DNA of 64,000 nucleotides from Cyanobacteria bacterium J06626_4. GTDB taxonomy: Bacteria; Cyanobacteriota; Cyanobacteriia; Phormidesmidales; Phormidesmidaceae. Positions 7,929 to 17,219 of the stretch are shown piece by piece. The stretch is from NCBI GenBank assembly GCA_038523235.1, contig JBCBJQ010000016.1, forward strand, positions 1 to 64,000, written 5' to 3'. The notes beneath the pieces were generated by a model. It did not search any database and had not been told where the DNA came from. It saw only the letters and a list, made by a program, of their open reading frames with translations. A program made the position numbers and the translations under genes. Every line of letters begins with the position of its first letter. Position 1 is the first letter of the stretch.

Positions 7929-9608
7929 ATGCTTGATATTCAAGGTCATTGGGCTCAGCCCTGTATTGAATACTTGGTGCAGCAAGATATCGTTTCGGGC
8001 TACCCCGACGACACCTTTCGGCCAGAGCAAGCAATCACCCGGGCGGAATTTGCGGCGATTATCGGGCAGGCCTTTGAGTTACCCACTCGGCGATCGCCCA
8101 AACGCTTTACCGATGTGCCCCCGGATTATTGGGCCAGCGCCCTCATCGATCAGATCTATCGGGCGCAATGGCTATCAGGCTTTACGAACGACACCTTTCG
8201 GCCACAGCAGTTAATGCCCCGAGTGCAGGTCGTGGTGGCCCTCGCGGCGGGGCTGGAACTCATGGCGCTGCATCCCGCCGCTGAGGCCGTAAAACGCACC
8301 TTTGTCGATGCGGCGAGCATTCCCCCCTACGCGATCGCGGGCGTTGCCGCAGCGTTGGAACAGGGCCTAATTGTCAGCTATCCTCAGCGTGATCGCCTGC
8401 GCCCCCTGCAGCCCACAACGCGAGCTGATGCAGCAGCGTTTGTCTATCGCGCTCTGGTTGAGCAAACCGGCATCCCCAGCGTGCTGTCGTCCGAGCTAAT
8501 TGCCACGCTGGAGCCCACTGATACTCTCCCGAGTCAGGCCGAACGCCGGGGCGTGTGGCTGACCAACGTGGATAGTGAAGTTTTGTTTTCACGCCAAAAT
8601 CTGACGGCAGCGATTGAGCGGCTGGCGGACTGCGGTTTCAATACCTTGTATCCCACCGTGTGGAATGGCGGCTTTACCCTCTACCCGTCGGCGATCGCCG
8701 AGTCGGTGTTGGGCGAACGTCAACGTCTGCGCCCCAGAGGGAGTCGCGCTGCCGAGCCTGCCCGCGATTACGACATGCTGCAGGCATGTGTGGAATTAGC
8801 TCACGCCCAACAGTTGCAAGTGATTCCCTGGTTTGAATATGGTTTTTTTGCGCGTCAGGGCAACACGCTACGACCTCGACGACCGCACTGGTTTACCCAG
8901 CAGCGCGATGGCACGCCGATCGACAAACATAAAATGGAATGGCTCAATCCGTTTCATCCAGAGGTACAGCAGTTTTATTTGGCCCTGATTGAGGAGTTAA
9001 TGTCGCGCTACGCCGTCGATGGCTTTCAAATCGACGACCACTTTGGCTTACCGACCAGCTTTGGCTATGACCCCTACACGGCTCAGCGCTATCGAGCCGA
9101 AACCGGCCGACTCGTGCCCAGCAACTTTCAAGAAGCGCGGTGGATGCGCTGGCGCGCTAACAAAATCACCGACTTTGTCACACAGGTGGGGCAAACGGTC
9201 AAAAAACACCGCCCCCAAGCCCGGTTCTCGGTGTCCCCGAATCCGCCCGCATTTTCATACAGAAACTTTCTACAAGATTGGCCACAGTGGCTGACTGTGG
9301 CCCCGGTGGATGAGGTGATTATCCAAACCTATCGCTGGAACGTGGCGAGTTTTGTACGAGAGCTGCAAAAACCAACCGTTCAGGAGCTGCGATCGCAGGT
9401 GCCGATTAGTATTGGGGTGCTATCTGGTCTGCGCAATCGACCGATGCCGCTGCCGATTCTCAAACAGCAGTGCCAAGCGGTGCGAGCCAACGGCTATGCC
9501 GGGATGGCGTTTTTCTTTTACGAAACCCTATGGCAACCGGCTGGAGAAGCCCTAGCAACCAGAGAGGGGACCTTCAAAACCCTATTTGCCGCTACGGCCA
9601 AAAGCTAA
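7929..9608 (+). CDS. SLH-domain protein fused to a glycoside hydrolase-like GHL10 (DUF187) domain
   Basis: Three SLH repeats (DIQGHWA, GYPDDTFRPEQAITRAE, FTDVPPDYWA) followed by RGVWLTNVDS, IPWFEYG, WLNPFHPEV, VDGFQIDDHF. Confidence 0.9.
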   Translation: MLDIQGHWAQPCIEYLVQQDIVSGYPDDTFRPEQAITRAEFAAIIGQAFELPTRRSPKRFTDVPPDYWASALIDQIYRAQWLSGFTNDTFRPQQLMPRVQVVVALAAGLELMALHPAAEAVKRTFVDAASIPPYAIAGVAAALEQGLIVSYPQRDRLRPLQPTTRADAAAFVYRALVEQTGIPSVLSSELIATLEPTDTLPSQAERRGVWLTNVDSEVLFSRQNLTAAIERLADCGFNTLYPTVWNGGFTLYPSAIAESVLGERQRLRPRGSRAAEPARDYDMLQACVELAHAQQLQVIPWFEYGFFARQGNTLRPRRPHWFTQQRDGTPIDKHKMEWLNPFHPEVQQFYLALIEELMSRYAVDGFQIDDHFGLPTSFGYDPYTAQRYRAETGRLVPSNFQEARWMRWRANKITDFVTQVGQTVKKHRPQARFSVSPNPPAFSYRNFLQDWPQWLTVAPVDEVIIQTYRWNVASFVRELQKPTVQELRSQVPISIGVLSGLRNRPMPLPILKQQCQAVRANGYAGMAFFFYETLWQPAGEALATREGTFKTLFAATAKS

Positions 9609-9635
9609 CCAGGCGCTACTGGCGATGCCCTCCGA

Positions 9636-9821
9636 CTAGCGCTCATCCTGCCGGGCTAAGCTGTAGACAACAAGACGTTTGAGGCTTTCATAGACGGCAC
9701 TTTCGCCTTGAGCGGCACGCCGGACTTCGTTTGCGCCCACTAAAAAGACAATCCACAGCGCCACAATGATGATGACGCGTCGGCAAATGGCGAGTCGGCA
9801 GAGCCTCGACGGCTTGAACAT
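9636..9821 (-). CDS. Possible small single-TM protein (61 aa)
   Basis: From ATG 9821: a basic N-terminus then the hydrophobic stretch VIIIVALWIVFLVGA; fills an otherwise empty gap. Confidence 0.35.
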   Translation of the reverse strand: MFKPSRLCRLAICRRVIIIVALWIVFLVGANEVRRAAQGESAVYESLKRLVVYSLARQDER

Positions 9822-9951
9822 ACAGGCATTCCGGCAGCAAAAGACGGGGGTAATTTTTCCCTTAGATGATTTTAACAAGCTGAGCTTTATTACTTCCCCC
9901 GGCAACAGCAGCTTGACAGTCTCGCCAATTGGCCTAAGCCAATCATCCTGG

Positions 9952-10551
9952 CTAATCAGGCTCACGCTTCAGTCGGCGGCGGCGCGGGGGATGGTGAGAC
10001 TTGTTCCCCTCTAGATACCACTGTCGCCACACATAGGACGTGCGCAACGCTAACCAAAGCAACAGCAAGGCAATCAGGCCGCCCTGACGCGGGGCATCAA
10101 ACGCCAACAGCACCAAGCCTACGCAGAGAAAATCTTCCGCAAACATCAACCAAGGCGAAGGCTGCTTGAGACGATAGAGCCAGCCCACCTGCACGAGATG
10201 AATGACCAGGGCTAACAGGGCGCTGACGATACCTAACAGCACTGCCAACCAGCCAGAGATTTGAAAGCTTCTAGCGATCGCCAGCCCCGCGATCGCCCCC
10301 GCGATGGGACTGAGAAACAGGCCCGCACTCTGCAGCAGCCGCTGCACCCAAAACTGCTTGGAGAACACCAATTCAACCAGCGACCAGCTCACCAAAGCGC
10401 CGACCACCACCGTCGGCGGTAGCCGAGACAAAAAAGGCACCTCGGCCCACAGGTCAGCTGACATAAAACCAATCAGCAACAGGGGTAAAGCAATATGGAA
10501 CCCTGCCGCCGCTGAAATTGATAAAACTGCTAAAAGCTCAGTGATCAGCAC
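9952..10551 (-). CDS. DUF4126 family membrane protein
   Basis: LSISAAAG..ALPLLLIG, LSPIAGA and FAEDFLC; multiple TM helices. Confidence 0.8.
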   Translation of the reverse strand: MLITELLAVLSISAAAGFHIALPLLLIGFMSADLWAEVPFLSRLPPTVVVGALVSWSLVELVFSKQFWVQRLLQSAGLFLSPIAGAIAGLAIARSFQISGWLAVLLGIVSALLALVIHLVQVGWLYRLKQPSPWLMFAEDFLCVGLVLLAFDAPRQGGLIALLLLWLALRTSYVWRQWYLEGNKSHHPPRRRRLKREPD

Positions 10552-10735
10552 AAGAATCCCTAGCTAGTTATGCTGAAAGACAGTAGCGTTTGCAACCCCC
10601 GTCCTCTCTACTGTAACGGCCTGAGTTTTTCCGGACTGTCCATCAAAAACTCCCTGGCGCATGGCCTAGGGCAATGACCGTCCGGGGCACTAACGCCGCA
10701 CCGCCCAATTCATTCATCTTAAGTGTTTTGACACG

Positions 10736-11317
10736 ATGGCAACACCAACTGATAAGACTCGTGGGCCAAGGTTTCAGCATCCCCTATGGGTGCTGGGCGG
10801 GGTTGCTACCCTCCTGTGGGTCGTACAGATTGTGAATGTGGGCCTGTTCGACAGTCAGCTGATCTTCCAGGGCATTCATCCCCGGCAGCTAGACGGTCTA
10901 CAAGGCATCATCTGGGCTCCTTTTTTACACGGCAATTTTGCTCATTTAATCGCTAATACCCTGCCGTTACTCACCCTAGGCGGCTTAATCTTGCTGGGGG
11001 AAGCCAGTGATTTCTGGGTGGTCACGGTCATGTCTGCCTTGATTGGCGGGCTCGGCACCTGGCTCATCGGCGCGCCCAATTCGGTGCATGTGGGCGCGAG
11101 CGGCGTCATCTTTGGCTACTTTGGTTACCTGCTACTGCGCGGCTACTTTGAGCGCAGCGCGTTTGCGATTACGGCGTCCGTTTTGGTCATCGTGTTCTAT
11201 GGCAGCTTTTTGTGGGGCGTTTTGCCCAGCCAGCCAGGCGTCTCTTGGGAAAGTCATCTGTTTGGCTTCTTGGGCGGGTGTATCGCTGCCCGCATCTTGA
11301 CCACCCCAGCTAAATAG
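10736..11317 (+). CDS. Rhomboid family intramembrane serine protease
   Basis: PFLHGNFAHLIAN, catalytic GASG, and His in WESHLFG. Confidence 0.92.
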   Translation: MATPTDKTRGPRFQHPLWVLGGVATLLWVVQIVNVGLFDSQLIFQGIHPRQLDGLQGIIWAPFLHGNFAHLIANTLPLLTLGGLILLGEASDFWVVTVMSALIGGLGTWLIGAPNSVHVGASGVIFGYFGYLLLRGYFERSAFAITASVLVIVFYGSFLWGVLPSQPGVSWESHLFGFLGGCIAARILTTPAK

Positions 11318-11384
11318 CCTCGGCCTCACCTCCGTCCTGGGCTTTGCCAACTGAACCAGGCTATTTGAGAGCCCTAGATCAAGG

Positions 11385-12473
11385 CTAAAAGTTGGATTTG
11401 AAGGCTGCTGAGAGGTAGCCGGCAGCGGCTTCAACGGTGGCGATCGCATCGTCATACATCATGCGCGTCGGCCCCAAGACACTCACGCTCCCCAAGGGCA
11501 TCTCATCGCGGCAATAGGTCGAAGACACCAAAGCACAGCCCTGCATCGGTTCTAGGGGATTTTCAGAGCCAATCAGCACCCGCACTCGCCGCCCAGCACT
11601 GTCAAGGGGGTCGGCCTCAAAGACTAAGGGCCACAGCTGGGCTTGGTCTTCTTCTAACAGCTGCACAATCGCCTGCACCTGCTGGGCTTCGGAAAACTCC
11701 GGTTGCCTGAGCACCTCACCCAAACCGCTGATCACAAACTGCGCTGTTTCTAGCGCTTGATTGCGCTTAGCCAGCATGTGAATGGCTTCTTGCAACGTGT
11801 CGCTATACCGCTGAAACTCTTGGCCGAGCTGCCCCCAGTCCAGCTCAGCAATCTTCAGCAAGGGCTGTCCGCTCAAATGATGCGTCAGGAAATTAGACAG
11901 AATTTTGAGCTCTCGCTCTAACCCTTCTAATTGCGCCCCTCCGCCCGCCCCCGTAGACGGCAGCTGAATCACCATGGACTGGGTCTCTAACGAGTTCAGC
12001 ACCACCGACATTAAAATCTGAGTCGAATCCAGCAGGGCAAGCTGCAAATGGCGAATCGTGACGCCGCGCTTTTGGGGCACGGTAATCAACGTCAGATACC
12101 CGCTGAGGGTCGACAAAATTTGAGCGGCTCCCCGCAGCAGCGCTTCTAAGCTCCAACCGTCCCATTTCAAAGAGCCTGATAGCTGGCTATCGACCTGCCG
12201 AGCAACCACCTGAGACGGATGAATTAAGTTGTCGACATACAGCCGATAGCCAAAATCAGAGGGCACCCGACCGGCAGAGGTGTGGGGTTGAAACAGCAAG
12301 CCGGCGCTTTCCAACACGCCCATCACATGGCGTACAGTGGCCGGGCTCACCTTCAGGTCATATTCCTGAGCTAGCACCTTGGAACCAACCGGCTCGGCCG
12401 TGGTGACATATTGGCGTACCGTTGCCCAAAGAACCTGTTGCTGGCGGGTATTTAATGGGGTAGGCGCTAACAT
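11385..12473 (-). CDS. hrcA: Heat-inducible transcription repressor HrcA
   Basis: TAEPVGSK, SPATVR, QPHTSAGRVPSD.GYR.YVD, IGSEN, LGPTRM. Confidence 0.97.
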   Translation of the reverse strand: MLAPTPLNTRQQQVLWATVRQYVTTAEPVGSKVLAQEYDLKVSPATVRHVMGVLESAGLLFQPHTSAGRVPSDFGYRLYVDNLIHPSQVVARQVDSQLSGSLKWDGWSLEALLRGAAQILSTLSGYLTLITVPQKRGVTIRHLQLALLDSTQILMSVVLNSLETQSMVIQLPSTGAGGGAQLEGLERELKILSNFLTHHLSGQPLLKIAELDWGQLGQEFQRYSDTLQEAIHMLAKRNQALETAQFVISGLGEVLRQPEFSEAQQVQAIVQLLEEDQAQLWPLVFEADPLDSAGRRVRVLIGSENPLEPMQGCALVSSTYCRDEMPLGSVSVLGPTRMMYDDAIATVEAAAGYLSAAFKSNF

Positions 12474-12573
12474 GCCGCTGCTCAGATGGCGTCAATGACG
12501 TTAAATCTTGGATTCAACTCTAGCAGATTGATTCCGGTTGAGTATGGTCGATGCTCGCCCTAGGCCAATCACG

Positions 12574-13059
12574 CTAGGCCTCTGAAGACCGCGAATAGTA
12601 CTCACTGACCTGGAAGGAGGCCGTTTCCGATAGCTGTCTTAGCATTGAGCGCGTGATCAGCTTGCCTTCTTCGACCAGCACCGCACCGCTTAGCGGGTGC
12701 AATAGGTTCGCTTCGGCCCGCCGCCCAATGAGCGCCTCAATATCCTGTAGGGAGTTGACGTACATCCCTGGGGGCAGCTCGACCACAACCCCTTCGCCCA
12801 TAACTCGAGCCTGACAAGCCAAACGCGAATTCGGCTTGCAGGAAGTGATCACTTCTAAGGTTCTTTGCTCACGGCGATTAACCGGGGTCAACGCGTCGTT
12901 GCCCTCTCGCACATAGATGTGGCAAGTAGCACACATGCCGCGACCACCGCATTCTTTTAACACGTCAAGGTCTTTGTTCAGCAAGACCGAGAGTAAGTTG
13001 CCATTGGTCTCAATGGTGCTGTTTTGAGCGATGGGTTCTAAACGAACGGTTTTAGCCAT
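12574..13059 (-). CDS. 2Fe-2S ferredoxin-like protein with C-terminal extension
   Basis: Adrenodoxin-type ligands CGGRGMCATCH and SRLACQ, plus about 60 extra C-terminal residues. Confidence 0.9.
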   Translation of the reverse strand: MAKTVRLEPIAQNSTIETNGNLLSVLLNKDLDVLKECGGRGMCATCHIYVREGNDALTPVNRREQRTLEVITSCKPNSRLACQARVMGEGVVVELPPGMYVNSLQDIEALIGRRAEANLLHPLSGAVLVEEGKLITRSMLRQLSETASFQVSEYYSRSSEA

Positions 13060-13173
13060 GGTATCTGGGTCTCTTCAAAAAAAGGATGGTTCAGGGGCAG
13101 CAATTGGCTAAATGAAGCAAGCCAAGGGGAAGTGATTTCGAATGGCCACCATTGGCGATCTGGCGCGCATTGG

Positions 13174-13986
13174 CTAGGGGGCAGTTTCGAGGTTTAACAG
13201 GGCCCGCTGCGAGTCGTTAAGGCACTGGCTGACGACCCTTTCAGAATAGCCTCGAATCACCATGGAGCAGCGCTGTACAAACTTTTCAGCCCATTGCTGA
13301 ACCAGGGTGCGCTCTTCGGGGGAGATGGCGGTGGATGTTTGCGCCGTCGGCTCGACGGCCAAACTAAAGTGGCCACCGCGATCCATCTGCAGTCGTTTGA
13401 ACAAGGTTTGATCAGGGCAGGTGGTGCGCCAGGTATTAGCCACCACAATTTTGCCCAAATATTCTGTGGTGGCATCAGTGAGTTGATTGAAGACAGTGAT
13501 GTAGGCAGACCAGGAATCTGGGGCGATGGGTGCTGGCTCTAGGGGTTCACCGGGCACGACTGGCTCGTTAGCCTCTGCCGGCTCATTGGCAGCCCCAGTG
13601 GGCTGGGTGAGTAGGTGCTGGTCGGCGAGGCGACGAAAGGTGGCGATTGTGCGTTGGGGATCGCCCGTAAGCGTTTTTTTGAGCTGATCAACCGCATCGG
13701 TATAAGCTAAGTTATCGAGCTGTTTGTGGGCGACCACCAGCAAGATCACGCCATTGCTGAGTTTATAAATCCAAATATCTTGCTGCGCAAAGCGAAAGTT
13801 AAAGGAGTCAAATGCTGGTGGAGTCGTGCTGATGACCTGCTGAATACCTTGGCTAAGCGCTGATTTTTGTTGAAAGGTTAAGGCTTGATCGACGCCGACG
13901 AAATAGGGCCGGGAATCACCTTCAATCAGGCCTAAGCCGAGGATTCCAGGTGAATTTAGGAAGTTTGATATGACTTGCTGTTCCAT
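13174..13986 (-). CDS. Conserved cyanobacterial hypothetical protein, two domains, N-terminus possibly roadblock/longin-like
   Basis: ATG at 13986 (MEQQVISNFLNSPGILGLGL); Pro/Glu-rich linker; second domain with YLGKIVVANTW. Confidence 0.75.
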   Translation of the reverse strand: MEQQVISNFLNSPGILGLGLIEGDSRPYFVGVDQALTFQQKSALSQGIQQVISTTPPAFDSFNFRFAQQDIWIYKLSNGVILLVVAHKQLDNLAYTDAVDQLKKTLTGDPQRTIATFRRLADQHLLTQPTGAANEPAEANEPVVPGEPLEPAPIAPDSWSAYITVFNQLTDATTEYLGKIVVANTWRTTCPDQTLFKRLQMDRGGHFSLAVEPTAQTSTAISPEERTLVQQWAEKFVQRCSMVIRGYSERVVSQCLNDSQRALLNLETAP

Positions 13987-14191
13987 AAAGTCGCGAGTTT
14001 TCTCCGCGTGCGGTTCCGGGAAATTCCATCGAACGAGTAATCTAGGGATGGCCGTTGATCCCAAAAATTTTCTCTCGTCAACGGGTTTCTAGGGGCAAAA
14101 AAGGGGGGATAGCAATTGGGTTGGCTCTACGTTCTACCGACTGTTTCGTTGATGCATTGTATGTTTCCTTCGATTTCTTGGATAGGGTTTT

Positions 14192-15211
14192 ATGTCCTCT
14201 GACCTTCCCTTTACTTTGGATCAGTTGCGCATTCTCAAGGCGATCGCAACTGAAGGCAGTTTCAAGCGGGCTGCCGACAGCCTCTATGTTTCCCAGCCCG
14301 CTGTGAGCTTGCAGGTGCAAAATCTAGAGCGCCAGCTAAGCGTACCGCTGTTTGATCGGGGAGGGCGACGCGCCCAACTGACCGAAGCGGGCCATTTGCT
14401 ATTGGAGTACGGCGATCGCATTCTAAGCCTTTGTCAAGAAACGTGTCGGGCGATCGAAGACCTGCAAAATTTGCAGGGGGGCACCCTGATTGTGGGGGCC
14501 AGCCAAACCACCGGGACCTATCTACTGCCGAGAATGATCGGATTGTTTCGCCAGCGATATCCGGAAGTGGCGGTACAGCTGCATGTGCACTCGACTCGAC
14601 GCACCTCGTGGAGCGTCGCCAACGGTCAGGTCGATCTGGCCATTATTGGCGGCGAAGTCCCCAGTGAGCTACAGGAATCCTTAGAGATTATTCCCTACGC
14701 GGAGGACGAACTGGCGCTGATTATGCCGGTGTTTCATCCCCTGGCCAATGCGGAAATCATTCGTCGGGAAGATCTCTATCAGCTGAAGTTTATCGCGCTC
14801 GATTCGCAATCCACGATTCGCAAGGTAATTGACCAAGTCTTAACGCGCTGCGGTATTGAAACCAGCAACCTCGGCATTGAGATGGAATTAAACTCCATTG
14901 AAGCGATTAAGAATGCGGTGCAGGCGGGGTTAGGGGTCGCTTTTGTGTCGATTTCAGCGATTGAGAAAGAGCTACAGATGGGGATGCTGCACCGGGGTCG
15001 GGTCGAATCGGTGGTGGTGAACCGCACCCTGTCGGTCATTTTCAACCCAAACCGTTACCGTTCGAAGGCTGCAGAAGCCTTTACGGCCGAAATTTTGCCT
15101 CAGTTTACCAATCGCTCTTTAGAATTGACCCGAGCTCAGGCCGAGCAGAATGGGCAAGAACCCACTGTGCCATCGTTGCCAGCCGTGAATGGGAAGGCGA
15201 CGGTCGAGTGA
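14192..15211 (+). CDS. rbcR: LysR-type regulator RbcR/Ycf30
   Basis: [35 protein letters not shown] and [13 protein letters not shown], the Ycf30 signature. Confidence 0.9.
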   Translation: MSSDLPFTLDQLRILKAIATEGSFKRAADSLYVSQPAVSLQVQNLERQLSVPLFDRGGRRAQLTEAGHLLLEYGDRILSLCQETCRAIEDLQNLQGGTLIVGASQTTGTYLLPRMIGLFRQRYPEVAVQLHVHSTRRTSWSVANGQVDLAIIGGEVPSELQESLEIIPYAEDELALIMPVFHPLANAEIIRREDLYQLKFIALDSQSTIRKVIDQVLTRCGIETSNLGIEMELNSIEAIKNAVQAGLGVAFVSISAIEKELQMGMLHRGRVESVVVNRTLSVIFNPNRYRSKAAEAFTAEILPQFTNRSLELTRAQAEQNGQEPTVPSLPAVNGKATVE

Positions 15212-15512
15212 TGGCCGGGGTGGTCAGATCGGGGTGATCGTTGACAGGCGCTAATGATTCTGGCTGGCTGGCTGAGGCGGCGTCATCAGTGGATCACTAA
15301 ACGCTTTGCTGAGTCTCAGCATGATCACGGCGGCACTCGCACTAAACTAACGCTAGTTCGGGTTAAGCCAAACCCCGTTTCTTTCCCCTCTGGGGAGGGG
15401 CGAATGGGGTGGGTTAAACCACCAGCGGGTAAGCATGCCTGAGGCCCTAATCCCGAACTCAGGTTAACGAGGGTCTGGCAATAAGGCGGCCAGCCACACA
15501 TACTCTAAATTG

Positions 15513-17051
15513 ATGACAGACCCTAATGCAGCCCCCATGGAGATTGTTTGCACTCGTCCGACCTGTCCTCGGCCTAGCAACCACTTTGCCGATTTATCCA
15601 ATCGGGCCACGTTGACCACCGTACAGCAAAAGTTTTGCACGGCTTGCGGCATGCCGCTGATTTTGAGCGGTCGCTATCTGCCCGAAAAGCTGTTGGGTAA
15701 GGGGGGGTTTGGAGCTGCCTATTTGGCCCGCGATCGCTACACGCCGACACTACGTGCTTGCGTGGTCAAGCTGTTTCAACCCTCGGGTGATCTGAGCCCT
15801 GACCAGTTGGCGCTGGCACAAGACCTCTTTCAGCGCGAAGCTGCCGTGCTGGAAGATTTGGGCAATACGCATCCACAAATCCCCGATTTGTATGCTTTCT
15901 TTCCGCTGATTGTACCGGGGCTACAGCCGGGACTTCAGGAAGAATATTTTTACCTGGTGCAAGAGTTTATCGACGGCGAAGACTTGGAGCAGACCCTAGC
16001 TCGTACGGGGCCGCTGGCCCCCTCAGTCGTGGTTGAAGTGCTAGTCTCAATGCTCAAAGTGCTGGACTACGTGCATGAGAACGGGACGATTCACCGCGAT
16101 ATCAAGCCGTCTAACATCATGCGTCACCGTAATGACACCCTGTACCTGCTGGATTTTGGCGCGGTCAAACAGGTTACCAGCGCCCAAGGCAATCCGGCGG
16201 GCCGCTCCACGGGCATTTATTCCATCGGGTTTGCCCCGCCGGAGCAGATGGCGGGCGGCACCGTCTATCCTTCTACGGATTTGTATGCCTTGGCGGTCAC
16301 CTGCATTACCTTGCTGACAGGGAAGGAAGCCAGTGAGCTTTACGATTCCTACAACAACACTTGGGCGTGGCGAGCCCATGGGCCGATAAATCCGGCGATC
16401 GCTGGCATTCTTGATCGGATGCTGCGGCCCTCACCGAATCAGCGCTACGCCAGTGCTCAAGATGTGCTCGTGGCGCTGCGTGAAGCCACGAGCCAGCCGA
16501 GCGCAGGCGCGGCCCCGGTGTCACCGCCTGGGCCGTCGACAGGGTCAGCCGCGGCCAGCGCTTCCACCGCTCTGCAGGGGGGCACCGCGGCCAAGTCAGG
16601 GCCACCAGTCACGCCGACACCACCATCCAACCCCAAACCAGTAAAGGCGGCAGCAGCCCCGCCACCGGCGACTCCAACAGCGATGACTTCCGGCTCGCTG
16701 CTGGAGTTTTTAGGCGGCGCCGCATTTCTCGGCGTCGAAGGGGGGTTGCTGGCGATCGCCCTGCTGAGCCTCTTGGGCACCACCTGGCTCGGCAGCGGCG
16801 CCTGGCTGCTACTGGTGGCAGGCTTAGGGCTATTGCAGCTGCGCCGCGTGATTGAGCGGTTTGATTTGGTGCTGATTGCGGCGGTTACTCTAGGGGTGGT
16901 GGTTTTATTTCCGCCTTTGCAGACAGTTTTGGCCACAACCGCCGCACCACGGGCTACCGTTGTGGTGTTGTCACTCATGGCGGGGGCCGCAGTGATGGCA
17001 GCCGGCACGATATTTCGGCTGATTTATCGGGTGTTGTCGGCTTTGATGTAG
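15513..17051 (+). CDS. Hanks-type Ser/Thr kinase with N-terminal 4-Cys prefix, Pro/Ala linker and C-terminal TM helices
   Basis: CTRPTC..CTAC, GKGGFG, VVK, HRDIKPSN, DFG, APPE, DLYALA; about four hydrophobic C-terminal segments. Confidence 0.95.
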   Translation: MTDPNAAPMEIVCTRPTCPRPSNHFADLSNRATLTTVQQKFCTACGMPLILSGRYLPEKLLGKGGFGAAYLARDRYTPTLRACVVKLFQPSGDLSPDQLALAQDLFQREAAVLEDLGNTHPQIPDLYAFFPLIVPGLQPGLQEEYFYLVQEFIDGEDLEQTLARTGPLAPSVVVEVLVSMLKVLDYVHENGTIHRDIKPSNIMRHRNDTLYLLDFGAVKQVTSAQGNPAGRSTGIYSIGFAPPEQMAGGTVYPSTDLYALAVTCITLLTGKEASELYDSYNNTWAWRAHGPINPAIAGILDRMLRPSPNQRYASAQDVLVALREATSQPSAGAAPVSPPGPSTGSAAASASTALQGGTAAKSGPPVTPTPPSNPKPVKAAAAPPPATPTAMTSGSLLEFLGGAAFLGVEGGLLAIALLSLLGTTWLGSGAWLLLVAGLGLLQLRRVIERFDLVLIAAVTLGVVVLFPPLQTVLATTAAPRATVVVLSLMAGAAVMAAGTIFRLIYRVLSALM

Positions 17052-17219
17052 CGCGATAAGTTCCGGTTTCTCTACTTTGTTGAGGAAGCTATGCTTAAAC
17101 TATGTCCGCAGCACAGGCAATTGTCTGTCAGGGTGGGGCAGTGTCAATCCCCGGTGATCGGGGAGGCTATGTTTAAGCAACTCCCTTAGCCTTGCAAAGA
17201 CAGCCTTGCGGAGACGGGT

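Noticed and set aside
15373..15409. GC-rich imperfect hairpin between rbcR and the kinase gene
   Set aside because: Single copy in the window and no T-tract; cannot support a REP, MITE or terminator call.
17092..17101. Possible Pho box upstream of the PstS-like gene
   Set aside because: Only one imperfect CTTAAAC unit; SphR boxes need tandem repeats at 11-bp spacing.
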